32,000 bases of DNA from Geotalea uraniireducens Rf4. GTDB taxonomy: Bacteria > Desulfobacterota > Desulfuromonadia > Geobacterales > Geobacteraceae. Shown here piece after piece: positions 17,088 through 27,309 of the stretch (within the stretch, counting starts at the first letter, position 1; every line of letters starts with the position of its first letter). Made by a program: the position numbers and the translations under genes. The notes below the pieces were generated by a model. The model did not search any database, was not told where the DNA came from, and was given only the letters and a program-made list of their open reading frames with translations. The stretch covers positions 3,780,001 through 3,812,000 of the forward strand of contig NC_009483.1 in the NCBI RefSeq assembly GCF_000016745.1, in the 5' to 3' direction.

Positions 17088-17528
17088 TTATTTCGCTTTT
17101 TCGGCGAAGGTTGCCTTCAGCTCAGCTTCCGTGGCGAGAACGCCGTCCACATACGCCTTGCCCGCTACGCTCCAGATACCGCGGCGACTGAAGATGGTTT
17201 CCACCTCGATGCGCAGCTGATCTCCGGGGAATACCGGCTTCCTGAATTTGGCATTGTCGATGGCCATGAAATAGCTCACCTTCTTGCGGGTTTCATCGTC
17301 GGAAGCCAGGTAGGCCATGATCCCTGCCACCTGGGCCATCGCTTCGACAATGAGAACCCCCGGCATCACCGGGTGACCGGGAAAATGCCCCTGGAAAAAG
17401 GGTTCGTTGATGGTGACGTTTTTGAGGCCGACGCACCGCTTGCCCGGTTCCATTTCCACAATTCTGTCCACCATGAGAAACGGGAAACGGTGAGGCAATA
17501 TTTTCATTATTTCATTGATATCCATCAT
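17088..17528 (-). CDS. fabZ: 3-hydroxyacyl-ACP dehydratase
   Basis: 146 aa, with LPHRFPFLMVD and FFQGHFPGHPVMPGVL. Confidence 0.95.
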   Translation of the reverse strand: MMDINEIMKILPHRFPFLMVDRIVEMEPGKRCVGLKNVTINEPFFQGHFPGHPVMPGVLIVEAMAQVAGIMAYLASDDETRKKVSYFMAIDNAKFRKPVFPGDQLRIEVETIFSRRGIWSVAGKAYVDGVLATEAELKATFAEKAK

Positions 17529-17582
17529 AACAATAACTCCTTGAACATATTATAAAATTACAAGAAGGGGCATGTGCCCAAA

Positions 17583-18629
17583 TCACTTTTCGTTGGTATT
17601 AGAGGCCAACATTTTTTCAAGCTCCGCCACCCTTTTTTCCAGGGCGCCCAGGGTCTTGCGATATTCCGGCAGGCGGGGAAAGATACCGGATGCCTTGAGC
17701 CATTCGCGATGGGGAATAGCGGGGATGCCGCTGATGATCTGGTTGGCCGGGATGTTGCCGGGGACGCCGGATTTTGCCCCGACCATGACGTTATCACCGA
17801 TCTGGATGTGGCCTGCCACCCCGACCTGCCCCCCCATGGTCACATGGCTCCCCACCTTGGTGCTGCCGGAGATCCCCACCTGTGAACATATCATGCCATT
17901 TTCACCGATAACGCAGTTATGGGCGATCTGCACCAGGTTGTCGATCTTGGTGCCACGCCTGATCAGCGTGACTTCCAGTGCGGCCCGGTCGATGACCGTG
18001 TTGGAGCCGATTTCAACATCATCCTCAATCATGACGATGCCGATCTGGGGTATTTTGTACCACTCTTTGCCGTCGGGGGCATAGCCGAACCCGTCGCATC
18101 CTACGACCGTCCCGTTATGGATCGTCACCCGGTTGCCGATCCGGCACCGCTCGCGCACGCTCACATTGGCGTGGAGCGTAACGTCGTCGCCAAGTATCAC
18201 CCCGGGATAGAGCACTACGCCGGGGTAGAGGGTCACCCGGTTCCCGAGCCTGACCCCATCGGCGACAAAAGCCCCCGGGTAAACCGTCACATCGTCCCCC
18301 ATGGCCACGGCCTTGCCGACAAAAGCCCCGTCCATGACCCCATAGGCCTTGGCCGGCGCAACATAAAACAGGGTAAGAAGCTTGGCGAATGCAAGGTAGG
18401 GGTTGGCAACCTCGACGACATTCCGTCCGTGACCATCGGCGCCCGGCGGGAGAATGACCGCAGCCGCGTTGGTAGTGGCGACTTTTTGCGCGTACTTGGG
18501 ATTTGCCAGGAAGGTGATCTGCCCATCCCCCGCATCGTCCAGGGTGCCAAGACCGCGAACAAGGGCGCTCTCGTCACCGATTACCCGCCCACCCAGGTAC
18601 TCTGCCAGTTCTTTTAAGGATTTTTCCAT
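17583..18629 (-). CDS. lpxD: UDP-3-O-acylglucosamine N-acyltransferase. The true start is the ATG at 18629, not the track ORF start at 18704.
   Basis: [20 protein letters not shown]... followed by hexapeptide repeats, 348 aa. The 25 residues added by the longer ORF are a translation of the repeat arm. Confidence 0.93.
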   Translation of the reverse strand: MEKSLKELAEYLGGRVIGDESALVRGLGTLDDAGDGQITFLANPKYAQKVATTNAAAVILPPGADGHGRNVVEVANPYLAFAKLLTLFYVAPAKAYGVMDGAFVGKAVAMGDDVTVYPGAFVADGVRLGNRVTLYPGVVLYPGVILGDDVTLHANVSVRERCRIGNRVTIHNGTVVGCDGFGYAPDGKEWYKIPQIGIVMIEDDVEIGSNTVIDRAALEVTLIRRGTKIDNLVQIAHNCVIGENGMICSQVGISGSTKVGSHVTMGGQVGVAGHIQIGDNVMVGAKSGVPGNIPANQIISGIPAIPHREWLKASGIFPRLPEYRKTLGALEKRVAELEKMLASNTNEK

Positions 18630-18644
18630 AATGTCACCTGAAAG

Positions 18645-18734
18645 CAGTAAATAGTGAGTAGTAAGTCGTAAGTAGTAAATAAAGAAATTGGGCGATATTT
18701 CCACTTCTCACTTCTTACTTCTCACTTCTAACTG
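18645..18734. repeat. Inverted pair of tandem-heptamer arms (18653-18678 and 18702-18729) with a CAGTAAAT / TCTAACTG terminal pair, in the skp-lpxD spacer
   Basis: In gene sense: CAGTTAGAA GTGAGAA GTAAGAA GTGAGAA GTG ... TTACTAC TTACGAC TTACTAC TCACT ATTTACTG. By hand alignment, 19 of 25 arm positions are complementary. Confidence 0.85.
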
Positions 18735-18739
18735 TTTTT

Positions 18740-19264
18740 CTATTTTTTCTTGGTTGCGTTGAACAGTTTCAGTATTTCTTCAGTCAGATCCGCTTTATCG
18801 TCAAGATAAATCATGGTTTCGTTTCTGACAAATACAGCTGTGTAGGCATTTTTGCGGCCGTATTCCTGGGTCACCTTGACGATCTCGTCGACTATCCGGT
18901 TCGTCAGCTCGTCGTTTTTTGCCTGAAGATCATCCTGGGCATCCTTGAGAAAGCGCTGATATTCCTTAAGCCGCTGCTGGTAATCCTTCTCTTTTGCATT
19001 GCGGGCCGTCTCAGAAAGAAGAACGCTCTGTTTTTCAAGCTCTGCCTTCAGTTTTTTCAATTCATCTTCTTTGGCATTCTTCTCGGTTTCATACTTGTTG
19101 GCCTTCTGGGCAAGCTGCTCTTTGGCATCTTTCCCGGCATTGGAAAGAAGCAGCACCTTCTGGATATCCACAGATCCTATTTTCACTGCATCTGCAGCAA
19201 AAGCAGCAGATGTAAGAGCGATGGAGGAAAGAGATATGGCCAATGCAACGATGATCTTTTTCAT
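18740..19264 (-). CDS. skp: Periplasmic chaperone Skp/OmpH
   Basis: Signal peptide MKKIIVALAISLSSIALTSAAFA, then a K/E/Q-rich coiled-coil body, 174 aa. It sits in the canonical position between bamA and lpxD. Confidence 0.9.
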   Translation of the reverse strand: MKKIIVALAISLSSIALTSAAFAADAVKIGSVDIQKVLLLSNAGKDAKEQLAQKANKYETEKNAKEDELKKLKAELEKQSVLLSETARNAKEKDYQQRLKEYQRFLKDAQDDLQAKNDELTNRIVDEIVKVTQEYGRKNAYTAVFVRNETMIYLDDKADLTEEILKLFNATKKK

Positions 19265-19284
19265 GTGTTTCTCCTTTATATGAG

Positions 19285-21594
19285 TTAGAAAAAGCTTCCG
19301 ATTGAAAATTCAAACCTGCCGCTGGCTTTGTCGATACCATCGCGTGGGTTGACGGGAATGCCGTATTCCAGGCGCAACGGGCCGATCGGCGAAAACCAGC
19401 GAATGCCGCCGCCATAGCTGGCTTGAAACTTGGTGAAAATGTCCCGGGTGCCGCTATAGGCATTGCCGGCGTCGAAGAACACCACACCCTTCACCCCAAC
19501 ATCCTTCAACAGCGGGAATTGGTACTCGGCGTTGAACACAACTTCCGAGTCCCCACCGATGAAAACCCTGTTGGCGGCGGTGGCAATACCTGTTACACCA
19601 GCGGGAACGGGGGGAGGGACAATGGACGGGCTGACGGTCCTGCCGCTGTAGCCGCGCAATGTGTTGATCCCGCCCAGATAGAATTTCTCATCGATCGGCA
19701 CGTCTTTTCCCACATTCTGGATATAACCGAACGTGCCGCGCAAGGAAAATACCGTGCCCAAGCCAACGGGATAAAATAGTGCATTTTCACTGATATAACG
19801 CGCATACCTGTTGCTGCCGCCAATGCCGGCAAATTCAGCGGACAAGGTGTTCATCATGCCGCTGGAAGGGTCGAGGCGATAGTCGGTGGTGTTTCTCGTT
19901 ATGCTGGCGCTGATTGCGCTGGTGGTTCCCGACGTTTCGGTCGTCACCGTGCCGTTTCTTATACTGTCGAGCAACGCCTGGGATTCGTTGAAAATTTCTT
20001 TCTTCTCGAATTTATAGATCCAGAAGGTGCTGAGGTTGTCGCTCAGGGGATAGCCTGCTTTGATGTCAGCGCCGGTAACGCGGCGGGTAAAATCCAGATA
20101 TTCACGCTCCGAGCGATAAACGTCGGTGCCAAGGGTCCATCTGCTGTCGAGAAAATATGGATCGGTAAGCCCCACGTTATAGGTCTGCGTTTTTCCACCG
20201 ATGGAAGCAGCAGCGGTTGCCTTGAGACCGAGGCCGAGAAAATTTGCCTGCTGTACCGATCCCTGGCCGATTATACCGTCGAGGGAACTGTAACCGGCAC
20301 CGATACTGAAAGTCCCGGTCGGCTTCTCCTTGACGTCGACATTCAAATCCAGTTTGTTGTCGGCGCTCCCCTTGACGGTGGCGAGATTAGCCTCCTCGAA
20401 GAAACCGAGGTTCATCAGGTTCTGCTTGCTCCGCTTCAAGGCGGTGGAACTGTACAGGTCGCCTTCCGCAAGCTTCAGTTCGCGGCGCACCACCTTGTCA
20501 CGGGTCTTGGTGTTGCCGCCTATGTTTATCCGGTCGATATAGACCTTTTCACCTTTTTCCATATCAAAGGTTATGTCGATGGTCTTCTGTTCCGGATTTA
20601 CCTTCGAGAGCGGAGTGATATTGGCAAAAGCATACCCCTTGTCGGCATAGAGGTCGGTCAGGGTAAAGACGTCGCCACGCAATGTGCCACGGCTGAATAC
20701 CTCGCCTGTCTTCATCTTTATCTTTTTGTTCAGGTCTTCGGCGTTTTCCAGCAAATCCCCTTTAAAGCCCAGAGCACCGGTCCTAAACTGTTCACCCTCG
20801 GTTATGCCGATGATCACGATCAGCCCGCTCTTGTCCTCAAGGACCCCGACCGTCGGCTCGCCAATCTTGACATTAATATAACCGCTGTTGAAATAGAGAT
20901 CGGCAATGAGATTCACATCATTTTTCAGGACCTCTTCCTTGTAGGTGCCTGCACTGGTAAGCCAGGAGAACATCCACTGTTCCGATGTCTCCATCACTTT
21001 TTTGAGTTTCTTGGCGGGAAAAGCCTTGTTACCTTCAAACTGAATGGTCTTGATAAGGACCTTTTTCCCTTCCGTTATCTTGAAGAGAACCTTGACTTCG
21101 GTTTCGGAACGTTTCTCTACGGTTCCGTCCACCTCTGCCAGGTAATACCCGTCATCAGCATAAAGCTTCTTGATCTTTTTGATGCTCTTGGTCAATTCCT
21201 TGGGTGAAAAAATGGTGTTCGACTTGATTTCAACGGCTTCCTTGATCTTGTCCAGGGAAAGCTCCTTGTTGCCGTCGATCTTGATCTCCCGAACAACCGG
21301 TTTTTCCACCACGATATAGGTTAGAACCAACCCCTTATCGCCTTTTTCCCGGGTTGCTTTTACATCCTGGAAATAACCAAGTTTGAAGATGGCGCGAACA
21401 TCATCGTCCACCTTCTCGGAAAAGAAGCTATCACCATTCTTCAGTTTTATACTGTTCAAGATAGCCGCGGTTTCGATCCTCCGGTTCCCCTTAATCAGAA
21501 CCTGGTCAATCTTCTCCTCTTCGGCAAAGGCTGTGCAGCAAAAAAGGGCGACAACCGTCACTATGAAAACTATTCTCTTGATAACCTCGAACAA
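19285..21594 (-). CDS. bamA: Outer membrane protein assembly factor BamA (TTG start)
   Basis: 769 aa. Signal peptide, POTRA-type repeats (IKGNRRIE..., FEGNKAF..., INIGGNTKTRDKVVRREL), and a beta-barrel ending in FEFSIGSFF. Confidence 0.93.
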   Translation of the reverse strand: MFEVIKRIVFIVTVVALFCCTAFAEEEKIDQVLIKGNRRIETAAILNSIKLKNGDSFFSEKVDDDVRAIFKLGYFQDVKATREKGDKGLVLTYIVVEKPVVREIKIDGNKELSLDKIKEAVEIKSNTIFSPKELTKSIKKIKKLYADDGYYLAEVDGTVEKRSETEVKVLFKITEGKKVLIKTIQFEGNKAFPAKKLKKVMETSEQWMFSWLTSAGTYKEEVLKNDVNLIADLYFNSGYINVKIGEPTVGVLEDKSGLIVIIGITEGEQFRTGALGFKGDLLENAEDLNKKIKMKTGEVFSRGTLRGDVFTLTDLYADKGYAFANITPLSKVNPEQKTIDITFDMEKGEKVYIDRINIGGNTKTRDKVVRRELKLAEGDLYSSTALKRSKQNLMNLGFFEEANLATVKGSADNKLDLNVDVKEKPTGTFSIGAGYSSLDGIIGQGSVQQANFLGLGLKATAAASIGGKTQTYNVGLTDPYFLDSRWTLGTDVYRSEREYLDFTRRVTGADIKAGYPLSDNLSTFWIYKFEKKEIFNESQALLDSIRNGTVTTETSGTTSAISASITRNTTDYRLDPSSGMMNTLSAEFAGIGGSNRYARYISENALFYPVGLGTVFSLRGTFGYIQNVGKDVPIDEKFYLGGINTLRGYSGRTVSPSIVPPPVPAGVTGIATAANRVFIGGDSEVVFNAEYQFPLLKDVGVKGVVFFDAGNAYSGTRDIFTKFQASYGGGIRWFSPIGPLRLEYGIPVNPRDGIDKASGRFEFSIGSFF

Positions 21595-21608
21595 AGGTCC
21601 CCCGAAAA

Positions 21609-21730
21609 GCGGTCGGCAGTCGGCGGTCGATGGTTTACACCGCCCATCCCTTTACCGTCCAACGACCGATTTTAACTGATTTTACCGCCGACCGCCGACT
21701 GCCGACCGCCGACCGATTCTAACTGATTTT
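21609..21730. repeat. Perfect 21-bp inverted repeat of heptamer arrays (21609-21629 and 21689-21709; the right array spans 21685-21715), plus a 20-nt direct repeat (21664-21683 and 21711-21730), in the lolD-bamA spacer
   Basis: GCGGTCGGCAGTCGGCGGTCG is exactly the reverse complement of CGACCGCCGACTGCCGACCGC. The arms are built from TCGGCGG/TCGGCAG heptamers. GACCGATT[T/C]TAACTGATTTT occurs twice. Confidence 0.9.
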
Positions 21731-22390
21731 CCCATCTACCAGGCGTATGGTCTTGCCCATTCTGTCAGCAAGCTTCTCGTTATGGGTTACTATTATGAGT
21801 GTCAGCCCTTTTTTCCGGTGGATCTCGTTCAAAAGGTCATGAACCTCGTCGCTGGTTTTCATATCCAGGTTACCGGTCGGCTCGTCGGCCAACAGCAGTT
21901 TCGGCGAACGCACCAGGGAACGGGCAATGGCGACCCGCTGCTGCTCTCCGCCGGAAAGCTCGCCGGGCTTGTGAGTCAGGCGATGTGACAAACCCACATC
22001 CCGCAACAGTTCTTCCGCAATCGCTTCAGCTTCGCCCCGCTTCATCCCGCCGATCAAAAGGGGCATCATGGCATTTTCCAATGCGGAAAATTCGGGGAGA
22101 AGATGATGAAACTGGAAGACGAAGCCGATGGAACGGTTTCTGAATGCCGCCAGCGCCATCCCGCCCAGCCTGAAGATTTCCTCTCCGTTGAACAGCACCG
22201 TACCTGACGTGGGAGTGTCAATGGTTCCAAGCACGTGGAGCAGGGTGCTTTTGCCGGCGCCGGAAGCCCCAACAAGAGCTATGGTCTCGCCGGCAGTGAC
22301 GTTAAGGCTGATGCCACGCAACACCTCCACCTTTGCCGCACCGGTTCCGTATGACTTGTAGAGATCGCGGACCTCCAGCAGGTTACTCAT
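21719..22390 (-). CDS. lolD: Lipoprotein-releasing system ATP-binding protein
   Basis: [17 protein letters not shown] and [12 protein letters not shown]. The ATG at 22390 overlaps the upstream stop by 8 nt. The track start at 22453 adds 21 non-homologous residues. Confidence 0.88.
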   Translation of the reverse strand: MSNLLEVRDLYKSYGTGAAKVEVLRGISLNVTAGETIALVGASGAGKSTLLHVLGTIDTPTSGTVLFNGEEIFRLGGMALAAFRNRSIGFVFQFHHLLPEFSALENAMMPLLIGGMKRGEAEAIAEELLRDVGLSHRLTHKPGELSGGEQQRVAIARSLVRSPKLLLADEPTGNLDMKTSDEVHDLLNEIHRKKGLTLIIVTHNEKLADRMGKTIRLVDGKIS

Positions 22391-23657
22391 AGCGAAGCGC
22401 CTCCGCGGGGGCCATCCGTGATGCCTGCCATGACGGGTAAAGGGTCGCGACAAAGGAGATCAGCACTGCGGTGACGGAAATGAGGATCACATCCGACGGA
22501 ATCACCAGCGAAGGGAAATGGTCCAGATAGTAAATGTCCTTGCTGAACAATTGGAAACCGGTCAGCCGCTGAACGGCATTAACAATCGGCTCCAGGTTCA
22601 GCGCCACGAGCAGGCCGCTCAACACGCCGATCACCGTGCCGAGCACGCCGATAATAATACCCTCGAAAACAAAGATACGCATGACGCTTCTGCTGGTGGC
22701 ACCCATGGATTTAAGGATGGCGATATCTCGTGTTTTTTCCATCACCACCATGAACAGGGTGGAAGCGATGCCGAAAGCCGCTACCAGAACGATAAGGGTC
22801 AAGATGATAAACATCACCATTTTTTCGGTCTTCAGCGCAAAGAGGATGTTCTTGTTCATCTGCATCCAGTCCCTGGCAAAATATGGATAGCCGATTTCGC
22901 TGTTGATCCTGCGAACAAGCATACCGGTTTTATAAACATCCTCGACCTTAAGCTGGATTCCGGTAACGGCCTTCCCCATCCCGAGGAACGCCTGGGCCTC
23001 ATCAAGCCCCACGTAGGCAAGCGTTGAATCGTATTCGTACATACCGGTATTGAATATGCCCACAACCCGGAACCGTTTCATCTTCGGCATCATCCCCAGC
23101 GGCGTGATGTTTCCCATGGGGGACACCACGTTAACCGTATCGCCGAGGAACAGGTTGAGGTTTTTCGCCAGTTCCTTGCCTATCACCACGCCGGGGGACG
23201 GAGCTTCGCTGCTGTTGAGCGGCAACGGCGCCGGGCGATCCAGGTCTGCCAGTTTTCCCTCGACAACGGCCTTGTGCAGATTGGTCACCTGGGCATCGGA
23301 CTTTGTATCTATGCCGCGGAGGACTACGCCCGACACATTCTTGCCGGTGGTGAGCATCACCTGGCTATAAATGAACGGCGTTGCCGCAACAACACCCTTC
23401 AGCCCCATCAGCCGTTCCGTAAGACGCGGGTAATCTTCGATGCCGTCACTGCTCTTCAGCACCACGATATGGGCGTTGGTGCCGAGGATCTTATCCTTCA
23501 GGTCCTCTTCAAAGCCGGTCATAACCGCCAGGACGATGATCAGGGCCATCACCCCCAGCGCCACACCGGCAACGGAAATAAGGGTTATCAGCGAAATGAA
23601 GGTAGATTTGCGCTTCGCCTTGAGATAGCGGAGACCGATGAAGAGTTCAAATGGCAT
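22383..23657 (-). CDS. Lipoprotein-releasing system permease, LolC/LolE family
   Basis: 424 aa. MacB-like topology: TM1, a large periplasmic domain, then an FtsX-type 3-TM C-terminus. It sits immediately upstream of lolD. Confidence 0.88.
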   Translation of the reverse strand: MPFELFIGLRYLKAKRKSTFISLITLISVAGVALGVMALIIVLAVMTGFEEDLKDKILGTNAHIVVLKSSDGIEDYPRLTERLMGLKGVVAATPFIYSQVMLTTGKNVSGVVLRGIDTKSDAQVTNLHKAVVEGKLADLDRPAPLPLNSSEAPSPGVVIGKELAKNLNLFLGDTVNVVSPMGNITPLGMMPKMKRFRVVGIFNTGMYEYDSTLAYVGLDEAQAFLGMGKAVTGIQLKVEDVYKTGMLVRRINSEIGYPYFARDWMQMNKNILFALKTEKMVMFIILTLIVLVAAFGIASTLFMVVMEKTRDIAILKSMGATSRSVMRIFVFEGIIIGVLGTVIGVLSGLLVALNLEPIVNAVQRLTGFQLFSKDIYYLDHFPSLVIPSDVILISVTAVLISFVATLYPSWQASRMAPAEALRYE

Positions 23658-25142
23658 TTATTTCACTTCTTTCCGCAATTGCGGGAAGAGAATGACGTCA
23701 CGGATTGAAGGCGCATCGGTAAGGAGCATCACAAGGCGGTCTATGCCGATCCCCTCGCCCGCAGTGGGCGGCAGGCCGTATTCAAGAGCCCGGATGTAGT
23801 CCTCATCCATGTAGTGGGCCTCTTCGTCGCCTTTCGCCTTGGCCGCGACCTGGGCAAGGAAACGTTCCTTCTGATCCACCGGATCGTTGAGCTCGGAAAA
23901 TGCGTTGGCCATTTCCCGTCCGGCGCAGAAAAACTCGAAACGGTCGACAATCTCCGGGTCATGGTCGTTTTTGCGGGACAGTGGGGACACCTCGGTTGGA
24001 TAAGCGGTGATGAACGTCGGCTGGATCAGTTTGGTTTCTGCGACCTCCTCGAATATTTCGGTAACCAGCTTGCCGTAGCCGATATCCTCTGGGAGGTCGA
24101 GCCCGATCCGTTTTGCATAGGCAAAGGCCATGTCGCGGTCTTCGAGTGATTTGGCATCGATATCCCCGTACTCCAGGATCGCTTCCTTGACGGTAAATCG
24201 TTTCCAGGGGCGCTGAAAGCTGATAGGCATTCCCTGGTAACTAAAATCGAGTGTGCCGAGCACGTCATGCGCCACATGGCAGAGGAGCTCTTCCGTAAAG
24301 TTCATCAGGTCTTCGAAGGTAGCGTAAGCCTGGTAAAACTCCATCATGGTGAACTCGGGGTTGTGGCGGACGGAAATCCCCTCGTTGCGGAAGTTGCGGT
24401 TGATTTCAAAAACCCGGTCGAGCCCTCCCACCACCAGCCTCTTCAGGTAGAGTTCCGGCGCGATGCGAAGAAAGAGTTCCATATCGAGCGCATTGTGGTG
24501 GGTAACGAAAGGGCGTGCCGTGGCTCCCCCGGGAATCTGCTGCATCATCGGCGTTTCGACTTCGAGGAAGTCGTTTTTTACCATGAAGGCACGGATCAGA
24601 TTAACAATCCTGGAACGCTTGGCAAAAACCTCGCGCACTTCGGGATTGACGATGAGATCCACATAACGCTGGCGGTAACGGGTCTCCACATCGGTAAGAC
24701 CATGAAACTTCTCGGGCAAAGGAAGAAGGGATTTTGTCAACAACCTTATCTCCAGTACATGGAGAGAAAGCTCGCCGGTTTTGGTGCGAAACGGGTAGCC
24801 GACAGCGCCGACAATATCGCCTATATCAAAGGACTCAAACTGGCCGAAAACCTCATCGCCGATTGCGTCTTTCTTCACATAGAGCTGGAAGCGCCCCTTG
24901 CGATCCTGCAACTGGACAAAAGCCGCCTTGCCGAAAGAGCGGCGGGCAATGATCCTGCCGGCTACTACAAAATTGGGCGGATCTTCATCAATGGTCTCCG
25001 AACCGCCATAGGCGGCAAACAGATCAGCCGAAGTATGCTGCGGCTTAAAGTCATTGGGATAAGGGTTTACCCCCGCCTCCCACATGGTGTCAACCTTACG
25101 TCTTCTCTGCAACAACAATTCACTCAACTCTTCTATCGCCAC
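23658..25142 (-). CDS. lysS: Lysine--tRNA ligase, class II (GTG start)
   Basis: 494 aa. N-terminal OB-fold anticodon-binding domain and class II core with FRNEGIS and [19 protein letters not shown]. The stop codon directly abuts the lolC/E ATG. Confidence 0.95.
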   Translation of the reverse strand: MAIEELSELLLQRRRKVDTMWEAGVNPYPNDFKPQHTSADLFAAYGGSETIDEDPPNFVVAGRIIARRSFGKAAFVQLQDRKGRFQLYVKKDAIGDEVFGQFESFDIGDIVGAVGYPFRTKTGELSLHVLEIRLLTKSLLPLPEKFHGLTDVETRYRQRYVDLIVNPEVREVFAKRSRIVNLIRAFMVKNDFLEVETPMMQQIPGGATARPFVTHHNALDMELFLRIAPELYLKRLVVGGLDRVFEINRNFRNEGISVRHNPEFTMMEFYQAYATFEDLMNFTEELLCHVAHDVLGTLDFSYQGMPISFQRPWKRFTVKEAILEYGDIDAKSLEDRDMAFAYAKRIGLDLPEDIGYGKLVTEIFEEVAETKLIQPTFITAYPTEVSPLSRKNDHDPEIVDRFEFFCAGREMANAFSELNDPVDQKERFLAQVAAKAKGDEEAHYMDEDYIRALEYGLPPTAGEGIGIDRLVMLLTDAPSIRDVILFPQLRKEVK

Positions 25143-25190
25143 ATTAACACCTTTCTCAAAACGCCCGTCCAGTCGGTTTCACAAACCGAC

Positions 25191-25220
25191 AAATTAGCGT
25201 ATTTCATCGCGTTAAGTCAA
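25191..25220 (-). promoter_or_regulatory. Candidate sigma70-type promoter for lysS
   Basis: In gene sense: TTGACT, an 18-nt spacer, then TAATTT (or GCTAAT with a 16-nt spacer). Motif match by eye only. Confidence 0.3.
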
Positions 25221-25275
25221 GGAAAAACGGGGTAACCGAACCGGCATAAATATGCGATGTACAGGCAAAGAGATG

Positions 25276-25306
25276 TTGACACATAACTGGATGCACGTGT
25301 AAAAAT
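25276..25306 (+). promoter_or_regulatory. Candidate sigma70-type promoter for ettA
   Basis: TTGACA at 25276-25281. TGtAAAAAT (extended -10-like) ends at 25306. It lies about 38 nt upstream of the ATG. Confidence 0.4.
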
Positions 25307-25343
25307 AAAGCCATAATTTATCAGGAGGTCACAGAACAAGAAT

Positions 25344-27029
<1,686 letters not shown>

Positions 27030-27050
27030 AATCTGGTTCTTCCAGAAAAG

Positions 27051-27232
27051 CCGAGAAGCTGGCGGAGGCTCGGGAGTGGAGGGAAGGGACCGAGCGGCGA
27101 GCGGACACCCGACCGCCGCTTCCATAGTCAACGACGAATAGCGCCAAGACCATCACGAATAGTAGGAAACCGATGAAGGTCCGCAGCTCGGGCTCAACCG
27201 AAATGGACGAGTCTCCGCCAGCTCCTTACCGG
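27051..27232 (+). ncRNA. Candidate structured RNA or MITE-like element in the ettA 3' region. Identity unknown and strand uncertain.
   Basis: 27055-27072 pairs with 27208-27225 (18 bp: one G.U and one A.C). Inner helices are 27090-27095/27186-27191 and 27101-27106/27179-27184, flanking a 17/16-nt internal loop. A terminator follows at 27249-27287. Confidence 0.3.
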
Positions 27233-27248
27233 TAATGCTCAACGAATG

Positions 27249-27287
27249 AAAAAAGGCCATCTCACTTAGAGGTGGCCTTTTGTTTGT
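27249..27287. terminator. Bidirectional rho-independent terminator shared by the convergent ettA side and hisG
   Basis: An A6 run, GGCCATCTC-ACTTA-GAGGTGGCC (9-bp stem with one G.U), then TTTTGTTTGT. The A-run gives the U-tract for the minus strand, 22 nt after the hisG stop. Confidence 0.8.
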
Positions 27288-27309
27288 GATGCATCGTGAA
27301 TAGCACAAG

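Noticed and set aside
18645-21730. Integron attC (59-be) interpretation of the YTAACTG / CAGTTAGRR motifs and imperfect palindromes
   Set aside because: The motifs do resemble RYYYAAC and GTTRRRY core sites; for example, GTTAGGC lies at 29628-29622 in gene sense. But attC has the order RYYYAAC...GTTRRRY on either strand, and here the order is reversed. The flanking genes are essential core genes rather than cassettes, and no intI is present in the window.
27051-27232. Calling the ettA-downstream element a 6S RNA (ssrS), SRP RNA, tmRNA or riboswitch
   Set aside because: The closing helix plus large internal loop is 6S-like, but the apical 70 nt does not fold into the expected rod by hand. No SRP domain IV or tmRNA tRNA-like sequences are present. 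There is no downstream gene for a riboswitch. It is kept only as an unclassified candidate.
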